DNA of 64,000 nucleotides from Chloroflexia bacterium (lineage in GTDB: Bacteria > Chloroflexota > Chloroflexia > QHBQ01 > JADMIH01): the NCBI GenBank assembly GCA_035274425.1, contig DATEOC010000017.1, forward strand, positions 5,456 to 69,455. Direction: 5' to 3'. The notes beneath the pieces are model-generated. The model worked only from the letters and a program-made list of their open reading frames with translations, was not told the DNA's origin and did not search any database. The first letter of the stretch is position 1; the number at the start of each line of letters is the position of its first letter. The position numbers were made by a program, and so were the translations under genes. Positions 1 through 10,508 of this stretch are shown one piece after another.

Positions 1-10
1 TGAGATTCCC

Positions 11-3001
11 GTGCTGGGCGACGACGGCGCGAACGGCGGCGTACGCACCACTCGCGGCGGCGTCATAATCCAGCCCAACGACTTCAACCCTGAGCGCATC
101 ATTCTCAACGACGTTATCCTGACGACCCCCGCGGTCAATGTGGGCGACCACTTCAGCGGCCCCGCCGTAGGGGTAATGAACTATGACTTTGGCAACTTCA
201 AGCTTGAAATCACCCAGGCGCTGAGTGGGGTTTCGAGCGGCCTCACACGGGAAGTCGCCGCGACCCCTGGCCCCAACCAAATCGTGATAGGCAACTTCAA
301 CGTCGAAAACCTCGATCCGAACGACCCGCCATCCCAGTTCAGCAACCTGGCGGGCCTGATCGTCAACAACATGAAGTCGCCCGACATCATCTCCATCGAG
401 GAGATACAGGACAACGACGGTACTGTTGGCGGCACGGGCAGCACGGTGGTTGATGCATCAACGACCTGGAACATGCTGATCTCCGCCATCCAGAGCGCGG
501 GTGGACCTACATACCAGTTCCGCAACGTCAACCCGGTGGACGACCAGGATGGTGGCGAGCCGGGTGGAAATATCCGCCAGGGCTTCCTCTTCCGCACCGA
601 CAGGGGAGTGGCGTTCATTGACCGCCCAGGCGGCTGCTCGACCTGCGCCAATAGCGTAGTGAGCGGGCCGGGCGGGCCGGAGCTTGCCTTCAGCCCTGGC
701 CGCGTTGATCCTACCAACACCGCCTTCAATGCGAGCCGCAAGCCGCTGGCAGGTGAGTTCACCTACAACGGCCACAAGCTCTTCATCATCGGCAACCACC
801 TCAACTCGAAGGGTGGCGACCACCCGCTCTTCGGGCGCTTCCAGCCGCCGGTCCGCTCGTCTGAAGTGCAGCGCAACCAGCAGGCCCAGATCATCAACAA
901 CTTCGTCGATAGCATCCTGGCCGTGAATGCCAATGCGAACGTAGTCGTGCTTGGCGACATGAACGACTTCTACTTCTCAGCGACGATAAACATAATCGAG
1001 GGAGACACGCCCTCGGGTAGCCCAAGCAGCCCACTCGGTGGAGGCGTGCTCCAGAATCTCATGGAGACGCTTGCCCTGCCTGAGAGGTACAGCTATGTCT
1101 TCGACGGCAACTCGCAGGACCTCGATAACACACTCGTGAGTAGCAATCTTCTCGCTGCCCTGGCCGAGTTCGATCCGCTACACGTCAACTCTGAGTTCGC
1201 GAACCAGGACAGTGACCACGATCCACAGGTTTCGCGTTACACTCTTGTAGGCGCCACGCCAACACCCACAGGCACCAGCCTTCCCGCAACTTCCACGAAC
1301 ACAGCAGTACCATCAACAGCTACCAATACGGCCGTGGCTGCTAGCGCTACTTCTACAAATACGGCAGTAGCACCTAGCGCTACCACTACCCGTACCAGCA
1401 CTGCCACCAACACGGCAGTGCCAGCCACCGGCACCAATACAGCAGTAGTACCTAGCGCTACCACTACTCGTACCAGCACTGCTACCAACACGGTGATAGC
1501 AGCCAGCGCTACAGCGACAGTCTGCACGTCCAGTGGGCCGGTAACGTTCACAGGCTCTATAGATGGGAGTGAGCCTACGCACAACAGCGTGCTCGGCGCT
1601 ACTTCCTCCTGTGGCTCTACCACTCCTTGCCCCGGGCAACTAACGGGTACGTTCCACTATGATACATACACTCTGGTGAACAATACAGGCGCACCCGTGT
1701 GTGTCACCGTCACCTTGAGCGACTCTGCCTGCGTCTACTCCGAGGTATACTCGGCTGTACCTACCCCCGGCAATTCCTGCACCTCATACGTGGCAGACAG
1801 CAACCTGGGGTCTAGCTACCAACTGACAATCCCCGCGAACACTACCTACTACCTGGTGGTCGAGGAGTTCACGGAGAACGCAGGTTGTCCATCGTACACA
1901 GCCACGGTAACAGGTCTACCTGGCGGTGCTTGTGTAACCGCTACACCTACCGGTACGGCAGTAGCAGCCAGCGCGACTGCAACGCGTACCAACACGGCAG
2001 TGGCTGCCAGCGCTACTTCTACAAATACCACTGTAGCGGCCAGTGCAACTACAACGCGTACCAACACGCCAGTGGTTGCAAGTGCTACCTCTACAAATAC
2101 GGTCGCCGTACCTTCTGTTACCAGCACTGCGATAGCACCCACAGCTACCACAATAATCTCTACCAATACCGTAGTGCCAGCGACAGCGACCAATACCATC
2201 GTACCTCCCAGCATTACGCCTGTGCCTCCTACCGTCACCACTATACCTTCTTCTACAGCAGTGCCTACTTCTACCACCGCAGCTACTTCAGTGCCTCCTA
2301 CATCTACAGCTACCACTCCGCCGACTGCTACAACAGTGCCGAGCAGCACACCAACTGCTTGTGTGATGCCGTTCACAGACGTTGACCAGTACAATCCGTT
2401 CTACGTCTACATCAAGTGCCTCTACTGTAGGGGGGTCATCTCTGGGTATGGCGATGGCACATTCCGTCCATATGCTGAAATCACCAGGGGGCAGATGTCT
2501 AAGGTCGTGTCCAATTCTGCGGGCTTCAATGAGCCAGTGAGCGGGCAGGTTTACACAGACGTGCCACCCGCGCACCCCTTCTATATGTGGATCATGCGGC
2601 TGAGCAACCGCGGGATAGCTACCGGCTACAACACAGCTGGTCAGTGTCCTACGGGAGTGCCATGCTTCAGGCCGGAGAACAGTCTGACGAGAGGGCAGAT
2701 GGCAAAGATAGACTCTAACGCTGCCGGCTTCTCAGATACCCCGCCCGCAGGCACTCTCACCTTCGCGGATGTGCCTCCTTCTAACCCGTTCTATATATGG
2801 ATCGAGCGTCTGTCGAGGAGAGGTATCATCAATGGCTACGATTGTGGTGTGAACCCGATGGAGCCGTGCGACGGCCAGAACAGGCCATACTACCGGCCAT
2901 ACACGGACATCACGAGAGGGCAGGCAGCGAAGATAGTGTCGAACACCTTCTTCCCTGTAGACTGCACCCCCGGCATACCCCCTATCCTCCCAGGGAGGTA
3001 A
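11..3001 (+). CDS. Partial (5' end off-window) extracellular nuclease of the endonuclease/exonuclease/phosphatase (EEP; ExeM/NucH-like) family, with Thr/Ala-rich tandem-repeat linkers and three C-terminal SLH (S-layer homology) repeats
   Basis: No start codon; the ORF opens at the window edge. EEP-like blocks are present (IVIGNFNVENL, NVVVLGDMND, C-terminal SDHDP). Two long Thr/Ala/Ser-rich repeat tracts lie at nt ~1237-1520 and ~1930-2350. The C-terminus has three repeats matching the SLH pattern F.DV....F..I..L..RGI..GY...TFRP...ITRGQ.AKIV. Confidence 0.6.
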   Translation: MLGDDGANGGVRTTRGGVIIQPNDFNPERIILNDVILTTPAVNVGDHFSGPAVGVMNYDFGNFKLEITQALSGVSSGLTREVAATPGPNQIVIGNFNVENLDPNDPPSQFSNLAGLIVNNMKSPDIISIEEIQDNDGTVGGTGSTVVDASTTWNMLISAIQSAGGPTYQFRNVNPVDDQDGGEPGGNIRQGFLFRTDRGVAFIDRPGGCSTCANSVVSGPGGPELAFSPGRVDPTNTAFNASRKPLAGEFTYNGHKLFIIGNHLNSKGGDHPLFGRFQPPVRSSEVQRNQQAQIINNFVDSILAVNANANVVVLGDMNDFYFSATINIIEGDTPSGSPSSPLGGGVLQNLMETLALPERYSYVFDGNSQDLDNTLVSSNLLAALAEFDPLHVNSEFANQDSDHDPQVSRYTLVGATPTPTGTSLPATSTNTAVPSTATNTAVAASATSTNTAVAPSATTTRTSTATNTAVPATGTNTAVVPSATTTRTSTATNTVIAASATATVCTSSGPVTFTGSIDGSEPTHNSVLGATSSCGSTTPCPGQLTGTFHYDTYTLVNNTGAPVCVTVTLSDSACVYSEVYSAVPTPGNSCTSYVADSNLGSSYQLTIPANTTYYLVVEEFTENAGCPSYTATVTGLPGGACVTATPTGTAVAASATATRTNTAVAASATSTNTTVAASATTTRTNTPVVASATSTNTVAVPSVTSTAIAPTATTIISTNTVVPATATNTIVPPSITPVPPTVTTIPSSTAVPTSTTAATSVPPTSTATTPPTATTVPSSTPTACVMPFTDVDQYNPFYVYIKCLYCRGVISGYGDGTFRPYAEITRGQMSKVVSNSAGFNEPVSGQVYTDVPPAHPFYMWIMRLSNRGIATGYNTAGQCPTGVPCFRPENSLTRGQMAKIDSNAAGFSDTPPAGTLTFADVPPSNPFYIWIERLSRRGIINGYDCGVNPMEPCDGQNRPYYRPYTDITRGQAAKIVSNTFFPVDCTPGIPPILPGR

Positions 3002-3151
3002 GGGGGTGGGGCCAGGCAGTAGCTGCCGGACGCCCTCTGAGCAGTAACCTATCGCTACAGCACGAAGGTTCGGTCTTCCTTTCACTTGAGCATTACACGC
3101 TGAGTGAGAGGAGGGCCGGACCTTCGGCCTCAGTGTAAGGAGAAACGTAAG

Positions 3152-6100
3152 ATGGCTGTTGTGTCGAAAACGCGGTTCTCTCGCCCCTTGAGCGTAGTTA
3201 CAGGGGCTATGGTTGCATTGGCCCTGGTCCTGGCGGGGAGCTCGCCTGCCGGCAGGGTTACGGGCGCGAGCGCTGCTCTGCCTGTGGGAGAGTGGAGCGC
3301 CCAAAGTCCGCACTCGACTACTGTGGTGATCAGCGAGTTTCGCACTCGTGGTCCGGCGGGTGCCAGCGATGAGTTCGTTGAGCTGTTCAACCTTTCCGCG
3401 AGTCCGGTTGACATAAGCGGGTGGCTGATCAGAGGCTCGAACGGTGGTGGCGCTGTCAGCACGCGCGTGACAATATCAAGTTCGACCATTCTACAGCCAG
3501 GCCAGCACTACCTCGCCGTCAACGCGGCGTACACAGGCTCCGTCGCTGGCGACCCCCCAAGCTACAGCACCGGTATCACCGACGATGGCGGTATAGCTAT
3601 ATTCAACGGTGCTACGATTATCGACCAGGTTGGAATGAGTACAGGCTCTGCTTATCTTGAAGGCACAGTTTTGCCTCCATTCGGCAGTGCTAATACGGAC
3701 CGTAGCTACCGTCGCATCAACGAATGCGTAGATAGCGACGATAACGTCACAGACTTTGGCAACCAGACCGTGTCGCCCAGCACACCGCAGAATAGAGCCT
3801 CCGCGCTAACTCCCTGCGGTGCCGCGACTGCCACGGCTACCAGTAACATCACAAACACTCCAGCGCTCTTTACCCCTACATCAACAAACACAACATTTCC
3901 GGCCAGCGCAACGAATACAACCGTGCCTCCTACAGCTAGCAATACATCTACGTCGGGACCAACCAACACTCCTGGGGCCGGAGGTGGTGGGCTGATTATC
4001 AGCCAGGTGTACGGCGGCGGTGGCAATTCAGGCGCGCCCTGGCGGAATGACTTTATCGAGATTTTCAATCGTGGAAGCAGCACTGTTACGGTCAACAACT
4101 GGTCGGTGCAATACACATCCACAAATGGCAATACATGGCAGCAGACTGCGTTCTCGGCCACAATCCCGCCTGGCAGCTATTACCTGATCCAGGAGGTATC
4201 GGGCGGTGCCAATGGGAATCCCCTGCCAACCCCCGACGCCACCGGCACAATAGCGATGTCGGCCACTGCCGGTAAGATCGCTCTCGTGAATTCGATTACG
4301 CTGCTGACCGGGACGTGCCCACTGGGTGCGAACGTTGTGGACTTCGTTGGCTATGGAACAGGCACTAACTGCTTCGAGGGGGGCGGTGTTGCGCCTACGA
4401 TAAGCAACACGACTTCGGATATTCGCAACGGCGCTGGCTGTGTGGACACCGATAATAACAATTCCGATTTCATGGTCACGTCGGCTATTGTCCCTCGAAA
4501 CAGCGCATCGGATACCAACGATTGTGGCGACGGCACCCCTTCACCTACCCCCAGCCCCGGCCCAAGCAATACACCTGGGCCTACCAACACTCCCATCCCG
4601 CAGTCGAATGTGCTCCTTTACATGCTCTATTATAAGACTTATGCGACAGGGCAGAGCGACGAGGCCGTACGCCTCATCAATATGGGAGCGAGTCCCGCCC
4701 CCGTAGGCTCGTGGAGCATCGTAGGCGCGACGGGCGCGATAACGCTGCCAGTAGGAGCGAGCATCCCCGGCAACAGCAAAATATGGGTAGCGAATAACGC
4801 CGTCAGCTTCCGTATCCTCTTTGGCTTCTCGCCCAATTTTGAGTACGGGACCGACAGCGACCCTGGCGTGCCCCAGGCATCAGCTTCAGCGGGCTTCAAC
4901 TTCCCGGATGCGGGTGATGCTCTCCGCCTGCGTAATGACACTGCCGGGAACGTGGATACCCTTGTTTACAAGAACGGCAGCACTGGCACTACCGGGTGGG
5001 TAGGCACCTCTGTGCAGCCGTACCTCCCGACAGGGCAACCTAGCTTCAAAGAGGATGGGCAGATACTCTATCGTAAGCTTGACGAGGTCACGGGCAGGCC
5101 TTTCCTCGACACCAATACGAACGATGACTGGGCGCAGGACAACGACCCCACCGGCTCAGGCACGCCTACGCCGGGTGGGCGTGAGTATGACGACATCAAC
5201 GGCAAGAAGACCCTCCGCCCAGGCTGGCCCATCACTGACCCCTCGCTCGAAGACATGTTTTTCACCAAAACGTACACCGAGACCAACGTCACCACCAAGT
5301 TCCTGGTAGCCCCGGACAACACCTACGACGCGGTGGTTGGTCTGATACGGTCCGCTCAGACATCTTTGACGATAGAAACGTATGAATGGCATAATGCGCC
5401 GCTCGTCACGGAGATCATCGACGCCAAGAACAGGGGTATAAGCATCACTATCGCCATCGAAGGGAACCCGTGTTGCTTCAGCCCTCCCAGGCCGGACGAC
5501 GACACCCTTTGGGCCGCGCAGCAGTGGGAGGCGGCTGGTATCCCCGTCTATTTCTTCAGTGGCTACCCGGGTACGATAGACGACCAGTACAGGTATAACA
5601 ACGTCCACGCCAAAATCATGATAGTCGATAACGCCTGGGTGCTGACGGGCAGCGAGAACTTCGCCCTATCGGGCATGCCCAACGACCCTAAAGGGAACGG
5701 GACCGCAGGCAATCGCGGCTCGATGATAATAACAAACGCTCCCAATGTAGTCGCCTACACGCGCCGGATGGTGGACACCGACTTCGCACTCGGCAGGTAC
5801 GCCGACCTGGTGCGATACCCCGGCCTGGGCACGCCCCCTCCCGACTATACACCGACGCCCTTCCCCGACCAGACTGGCTATACCGTGCTGAAGCCAACGC
5901 CCCTCGTAGTCACAGAGACCCAGCGCATAGAGATTGTGCAGGCCCCCGATAATGCGCTCAGGGACGTTGATAGCCTCCTCGGACTCGTCAATCGCGCGGG
6001 TGCGGGCGACGAGGTAATGGTTGAGCAACAATATGAGCGCAAGTACTGGCAGTCCAGCACTCTCGATGGTCCGAACCCGCGTCTTGAGGCGTACATACGC

Positions 6101-8044
6101 GCCGCTCAGCGTGGCGCGACCGTCCGCATCCTGCTCGATGCGGCGTTCGACGACTGCGGCAGCACGCATAACTCAGCTACCGTGCAGTACCTCAGCAGCT
6201 TCGGCCTGGCAAATCTCCAGGGGAGGATCGGCCAGCCTAGTAACGGCCCCATACACAACAAGGAAGTTTTAGTGCGCATCGGGTCGCAGGGGTACATCCA
6301 CTCCTCCAGTATCAATGGCTCGGCCAACAGCTCCAAGAACAATCGGGAGTACGGCTTACAGATAGCGTCGAACGCCGGCTACCAATATTACAAGGAAGTG
6401 TTCGATTATGACTGGAGCGTAGGGTACGTAGGCACCTGCTTCGCCACGCCCACACCTACGGTCACGGGCACCACGACACCGCCTACGGCCACCCCTACCA
6501 TTCCACCCCTCCCCTGCAACGCCCTCGCCAACCCCGGCTTCGAGACGGGCAACCTTTCTCCCTGGGTCACAACCACGCCTGGAGTTACCGCTGCTGTGGA
6601 TAGCTCAAATCCTCATTCTGGCATCTACTCTGTGGCTGTGACCCATTCGTTTACCGCGACCTCCGGCGGCTCACAGGGTATCTACCAGGACATTCCGGGC
6701 ACCGTCGTCGCGGCACAGACCTACCAGGTGCAGGGATACGTCTATAGGCCGGACAACAACATCCAGTCGGCGCGGGTGCGGGTCGCCTGGTATAACTGCG
6801 CCGACTTCAGTTGCGGGCAGGCGAGCACCAGTGACGTATTCGCGGGGGACAGGGGAGTCGCCGGGTGGCAGTTCTTTAGCGGTGGAGTGACACCACCTGC
6901 CGGGGCCATCGCCGCGCGCTACCGCCTGATCTTCTACAACGAAAACGCCACAGCCTCGACAATACGCTTCGATGACGTCGCGTTTGAATGCTTCATACAA
7001 GGTACGGCTACCACCGTACCGTCCTTTACACCCACTCCGGTTGTGAACCCGTCTATGACTGCCACAGCTACTGTGGTTGTGGGCGGGTCTGCGACTGCCA
7101 CAGTTACCGCGGTCGTGGGTGCATCATCGACCGCTACGGTCACTGCGACTGTGAGTGGGTCTATGACCCCTACCGCTACTTCGGTTGTGAGTGGGTCTGC
7201 GACTGCCACAATCACTGCGATTGCAAGTGGGTCTATGACCGCAACTGCTACTGTGGTTGTGAGCGGGTCTAGCACCGCCACACGAACGCCTACCCAACAA
7301 CAGGCGACAGGCACCTCTACTTCACTTGTGGTAACTGCGACCAGCACAGCGATCGTACTTACCACGCCGACCCCGTGTTCTCTACAATTCACCGACGTGC
7401 CCGCGAACAATACCTTCTACACGCAGGTGCGATGCCTGACGTGCAGGGGTATAATGTCCGGTTACGCCTGCGGCGGGGAGGGGGAGCCGTGCGACGAAGA
7501 CAGTAACCCGTACTTCCGTCCCAACGTTGACATTACGAGGGGGCAGATAGCCAAGATCGTCTCGAACTCTGCTGGCTTCAACGAGGAAGCCGGAGAGCAG
7601 ATTTACGAAGACGTGCCGCCCGCAAGCACATTCTACGCCTGGATAAATCGCCTCAGCATGAGAGGGCACATGGGTGGCTACCCGTGCGGCACCGACCCGA
7701 ACGAGCCGTGCGAGCCTCCCAATAATCGCCCGTACTTCCGCCCCAACTCCAACGCCACACGCGGGCAGTTATCGAAGATAGTCTCCAATGCGGCGGGCTA
7801 CGGGGACACTCCTCCCGGCCAAATCTTCGAGGACGTGCCGGATACCAACATATTCTACCTGTGGATACAGCGCCTGGCCTCCAGGGGGATCATGGGAGGC
7901 TACCCCTGCGGCGGAGAGGGAGAGCCATGCGTAGTGCCGGACAACAGACCGTACTTCCGCTGGGGCGCACGCGTCACGCGAGGCCAGGCCTCTAAGATAG
8001 TCGCAAACACCTTCTTCCCGAACTGCCAGACTCCGAGCCGGTAG
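3152..8044 (+). CDS. Large secreted, SLH-anchored multidomain protein: signal peptide, 2x lamin-tail domain (LTD), phospholipase-D/Nuc-like domain with HKD motifs, CBM4/9/22-like carbohydrate-binding module, Thr-rich repeat linker, 3x SLH repeats
   Basis: AAGGAG lies 9 nt upstream of the ATG at 3152; the ORF track starts 16 codons earlier at 3104. LTD signatures: VVISEFRTRGPAGASDEFVELFN and LIISQVYGGGGNSGAPWRNDFIEIFNRG. PLD HxKxxxxD..GSxN motif: HAKIMIVDNAWVLTGSENF. A second, degenerate motif is IHNKEVLVRIGSQGYIHSSSINGSANSS. CBM-like NPGFETGNLSPW. A (T/A/V/G/S) tandem repeat lies at nt ~7020-7330. C-terminal SLH-like repeats (FTDVPANNTFYTQVRCL...ITRGQIAKIV). Confidence 0.75.
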   Translation: MAVVSKTRFSRPLSVVTGAMVALALVLAGSSPAGRVTGASAALPVGEWSAQSPHSTTVVISEFRTRGPAGASDEFVELFNLSASPVDISGWLIRGSNGGGAVSTRVTISSSTILQPGQHYLAVNAAYTGSVAGDPPSYSTGITDDGGIAIFNGATIIDQVGMSTGSAYLEGTVLPPFGSANTDRSYRRINECVDSDDNVTDFGNQTVSPSTPQNRASALTPCGAATATATSNITNTPALFTPTSTNTTFPASATNTTVPPTASNTSTSGPTNTPGAGGGGLIISQVYGGGGNSGAPWRNDFIEIFNRGSSTVTVNNWSVQYTSTNGNTWQQTAFSATIPPGSYYLIQEVSGGANGNPLPTPDATGTIAMSATAGKIALVNSITLLTGTCPLGANVVDFVGYGTGTNCFEGGGVAPTISNTTSDIRNGAGCVDTDNNNSDFMVTSAIVPRNSASDTNDCGDGTPSPTPSPGPSNTPGPTNTPIPQSNVLLYMLYYKTYATGQSDEAVRLINMGASPAPVGSWSIVGATGAITLPVGASIPGNSKIWVANNAVSFRILFGFSPNFEYGTDSDPGVPQASASAGFNFPDAGDALRLRNDTAGNVDTLVYKNGSTGTTGWVGTSVQPYLPTGQPSFKEDGQILYRKLDEVTGRPFLDTNTNDDWAQDNDPTGSGTPTPGGREYDDINGKKTLRPGWPITDPSLEDMFFTKTYTETNVTTKFLVAPDNTYDAVVGLIRSAQTSLTIETYEWHNAPLVTEIIDAKNRGISITIAIEGNPCCFSPPRPDDDTLWAAQQWEAAGIPVYFFSGYPGTIDDQYRYNNVHAKIMIVDNAWVLTGSENFALSGMPNDPKGNGTAGNRGSMIITNAPNVVAYTRRMVDTDFALGRYADLVRYPGLGTPPPDYTPTPFPDQTGYTVLKPTPLVVTETQRIEIVQAPDNALRDVDSLLGLVNRAGAGDEVMVEQQYERKYWQSSTLDGPNPRLEAYIRAAQRGATVRILLDAAFDDCGSTHNSATVQYLSSFGLANLQGRIGQPSNGPIHNKEVLVRIGSQGYIHSSSINGSANSSKNNREYGLQIASNAGYQYYKEVFDYDWSVGYVGTCFATPTPTVTGTTTPPTATPTIPPLPCNALANPGFETGNLSPWVTTTPGVTAAVDSSNPHSGIYSVAVTHSFTATSGGSQGIYQDIPGTVVAAQTYQVQGYVYRPDNNIQSARVRVAWYNCADFSCGQASTSDVFAGDRGVAGWQFFSGGVTPPAGAIAARYRLIFYNENATASTIRFDDVAFECFIQGTATTVPSFTPTPVVNPSMTATATVVVGGSATATVTAVVGASSTATVTATVSGSMTPTATSVVSGSATATITAIASGSMTATATVVVSGSSTATRTPTQQQATGTSTSLVVTATSTAIVLTTPTPCSLQFTDVPANNTFYTQVRCLTCRGIMSGYACGGEGEPCDEDSNPYFRPNVDITRGQIAKIVSNSAGFNEEAGEQIYEDVPPASTFYAWINRLSMRGHMGGYPCGTDPNEPCEPPNNRPYFRPNSNATRGQLSKIVSNAAGYGDTPPGQIFEDVPDTNIFYLWIQRLASRGIMGGYPCGGEGEPCVVPDNRPYFRWGARVTRGQASKIVANTFFPNCQTPSR

Positions 8045-8200
8045 CCGACGGACGACGGACGACGGACGACGGACGAGGGTCTAAACGCAGAGACGCAAAG
8101 ACGCAGAGGACGCACAGAGATTATTAAGAATATGTATTAACCAATAATAATCTCTGTGTTACCTTTGTGCTCTCTGTGTCTCTGCGTGTAATCGGTCATC
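8045..8200. repeat. Intergenic heptamer tandem repeats (ACGACGG x4.5, then degenerate GACGCAG/AGACGCA units) followed by a long imperfect palindrome (~45-bp arms centred ~8150)
   Basis: Direct reading: ccgacggacgacggacgacggacgacggacga, then ...acgcagagacgcaaagacgcagaggacgcacagagattattaag / cttaataataatctctgtgttacctttgtgctctctgtgtctctgcgt. Confidence 0.8.
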
Positions 8201-8205
8201 TGTCG

Positions 8206-9468
8206 TCACCGATACGTTCTCCCTTTCCAGCGGACGCCTTTGCCTGAGAGGACGCGGTACATGGAGAAGAGGAGCATGGCGTTGCCTACAGCTACGCCGA
8301 GGGGATAGGTGAGGGCGTAACGAGGGGGCACCCCCATCTGGCGGCATACGGCCAGGCGAACGGCCAGCATGGGGAGCATCTGCATGGCCCCATGCGCTAA
8401 AATGGTCTCACGACTAGTTGATCGTTTTGCCAGCGAGATAGCGATTACGAGAGGTGGCGTGAGCGCGTACAGGCTGAGGGCTGCTATTACACCTAGCGCC
8501 CTGAGCGTGTTGTGCCCGCTGGCCCAGAAGAGGGTCTTGGCATAGCCGTTCCACATATCCCGCAAAGATGAGTAGACGCGGGCGCTGGCAAGGTTGCGGC
8601 CATATTCGAGCCGGACATTATAGCCTCTCTCCTTCAGAGCCTGGGCGAGCGCGCGGTCCTCGGCTACGTCGCCTCTCACCTCCTCGCTGGCACCTAATGC
8701 GCCGAAGAGTTGCCGCCTGACCAACATACATTGCCCGTTCGCGGCAGCGCCTTTGCGCCCACGCTCATTCACCTGGTCCATCGTGCCCACCAGCAGCGTG
8801 TAAAGCTCCCCGACCTGGGGCACCAATACGCGCTCCCAGAAGGACTCCATCTGGACATTGATCACAAGGCTGAGGAGGTCGGCACTAGTGCATAACGTGC
8901 CATGCACTACGGAAGGAAGCATCAAGGGCGAGTGTCGCGTGTCGGCATCCACGAAGAGGAGCCAGTCTACTTCGTCGGGAGTTGCGAGATAACCGGCGTA
9001 CATCGCATTGGCCTTCCCAGTCCAGCCGTTTGGGAGCGGTGGCGCTGCTATGACGCTCAACTCATGGCGCTGGGAATCCATCTCGCTTGCTATCTTCTTA
9101 GTCGCATCTGTAGATGCGTCGTCAACCAGAAGGACGCCCCATCTGCCGCGCGGGTAATGCTGGGCGAGTAGGGAAGATAGCAGGGGAGCGACATTATCCT
9201 CTTCATTTCTTGCGGGGGCGATGATCTGCACGAAAGGTGCGTCTTTGCCTTCCGGCCATTCATACTGCGTAAGGTTGCGGTTCCTGCGCCGGTTCATTGC
9301 GAGACCGGTAGCGACCGCGATTGTTATAATGTTGGTGATGATAGTCCTCAGCCAATTGAAATCGACCCGTGCAAGTTTCATACGAGCAGTGTAATGGCGC
9401 ATCACATCATGCGCAAGGAGACCGATGCCTCCAATTGACAAAGCCGAGCGCCGCGAGATCAAGCGCAA
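8206..9468 (-). CDS. Membrane glycosyltransferase, GT2 family
   Basis: GT2 signature LLVDDASTDAT and a DxD-type motif (FVDADT). Hydrophobic N- and C-terminal segments. Confidence 0.7.
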   Translation of the reverse strand: MRLISRRSALSIGGIGLLAHDVMRHYTARMKLARVDFNWLRTIITNIITIAVATGLAMNRRRNRNLTQYEWPEGKDAPFVQIIAPARNEEDNVAPLLSSLLAQHYPRGRWGVLLVDDASTDATKKIASEMDSQRHELSVIAAPPLPNGWTGKANAMYAGYLATPDEVDWLLFVDADTRHSPLMLPSVVHGTLCTSADLLSLVINVQMESFWERVLVPQVGELYTLLVGTMDQVNERGRKGAAANGQCMLVRRQLFGALGASEEVRGDVAEDRALAQALKERGYNVRLEYGRNLASARVYSSLRDMWNGYAKTLFWASGHNTLRALGVIAALSLYALTPPLVIAISLAKRSTSRETILAHGAMQMLPMLAVRLAVCRQMGVPPRYALTYPLGVAVGNAMLLFSMYRVLSGKGVRWKGRTYR

Positions 9469-9604
9469 AAAGCTACGTGACGCTAAATTCCAGAATGTCC
9501 GCTATCGCACCCTGCGGGCTGGAGAGTCTCTGGTCGCCTTCGAGACGGAGCGCAAGACTACCATAGAGGGCAAGCCCATTAAACCTCGCAAGCGTCGTAA
9601 GTAG
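9425..9604 (+). CDS. Small (59 aa) Lys/Arg-rich hypothetical protein, absent from the ORF track because it is <60 aa
   Basis: My own translation: MPPIDKAERREIKRKKLRDAKFQNVRYRTLRAGESLVAFETERKTTIEGKPIKPRKRRK*. It is highly basic and overlaps the 5' end of the antisense GT2 gene by ~44 nt. Confidence 0.25.
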   Translation: MPPIDKAERREIKRKKLRDAKFQNVRYRTLRAGESLVAFETERKTTIEGKPIKPRKRRK

Positions 9605-9680
9605 AGTGCAATAGACATAGTTACCCATTGCATTAACCGAACATCTGTGCTATAGTTTTATCATCTGAGACTTCTTAGAA

Positions 9681-10493
9681 ATGGGGTACACTATGAGCAG
9701 CGCAGATGATTTTTCGGCAGATCAGGAGCTGGTCCCACAGGATGGGGCAACGCTTGCGCTCCAGGGCGAGAAGCAGCGTCTCTTTGTGCAGACGCTCGAT
9801 GAGGCACAGGTCGATTTCCTTTTGCAGCGCACTCCCAGGCAAGAGATAAAGATGCGCCAGGGGCGGGGCGGTTTGCAGTTTGCCTACGTCGAGCACGGCT
9901 ATGTAACCGAGCGCCTCAACATGGTCTTCGGCTTCAACTGGGACTTCGAAATTATTGACAAGCAAATCCTGGAAGACGAAGTTATAGTCGAAGCTAAGTT
10001 GACGGTGCGCACGCCGAAGGGGCAGACTATCGTCAAGACCCAGTTCGGGGGAGCGGATATCAAGCGCCACGCCTCCGGCCCCAAAATGGGTCGCCCCCTT
10101 TCGATAGCGGACGACTACAAGGCGGCGGGTAGCGACGCCTTGAAGAAGTGCGCCTCGCTCCTGGGCATCGGTCTGGACCTTTACGGGCGTGACCGCATAG
10201 ATGAGGACTCTCCCAAGCCCGCCGAACAACCCACTCCTGTACACGTTCCTGAACCACTCAAGCGTGATGCCGCCAATATTACGCCTCTCAACGCGCCCGC
10301 AGCCGGGTCGAGCACCTCTTCTCAGATACAGGAGATAGGCAGGCTGGCGCGACAGTGCGGCATGCCCATTTCCGAGCTATGCGCAACCCTCGGTGTATCC
10401 GACCTCTCCGAGCTTACCGAGGCGCGCTCAGAGAGGGTAATCAAGCGGCTTCGCCAGCGCGCTTCCGAAGCATCCTCTGGGCGAGCGGGGTAG
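9681..10493 (+). CDS. Rad52/Rad22-family single-strand annealing protein homolog (orphan recombinase)
   Basis: The segment GRGGLQFAYVEHGYVTERLNMVFGFNWDFEIID matches the conserved Rad52/22 core (..y..g..V...LN..FGFNGWS.ei..). The acidic, low-complexity C-terminal tail is typical of SSAPs. Confidence 0.55.
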   Translation: MGYTMSSADDFSADQELVPQDGATLALQGEKQRLFVQTLDEAQVDFLLQRTPRQEIKMRQGRGGLQFAYVEHGYVTERLNMVFGFNWDFEIIDKQILEDEVIVEAKLTVRTPKGQTIVKTQFGGADIKRHASGPKMGRPLSIADDYKAAGSDALKKCASLLGIGLDLYGRDRIDEDSPKPAEQPTPVHVPEPLKRDAANITPLNAPAAGSSTSSQIQEIGRLARQCGMPISELCATLGVSDLSELTEARSERVIKRLRQRASEASSGRAG

Positions 10494-10508
10494 AGGGGCG
10501 CTTCGCTT

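Noticed and set aside
1237-2575. Several antisense/alternate-frame ORFs (1237..1623-, 1313..1639-, 1849..2394-, 1885..2385+) inside the Thr/Ala-rich linker region of ORF1
   Set aside because: They are low-complexity translations of a GC-rich repeat in the wrong frame and are fully embedded in a much longer, motif-supported CDS.
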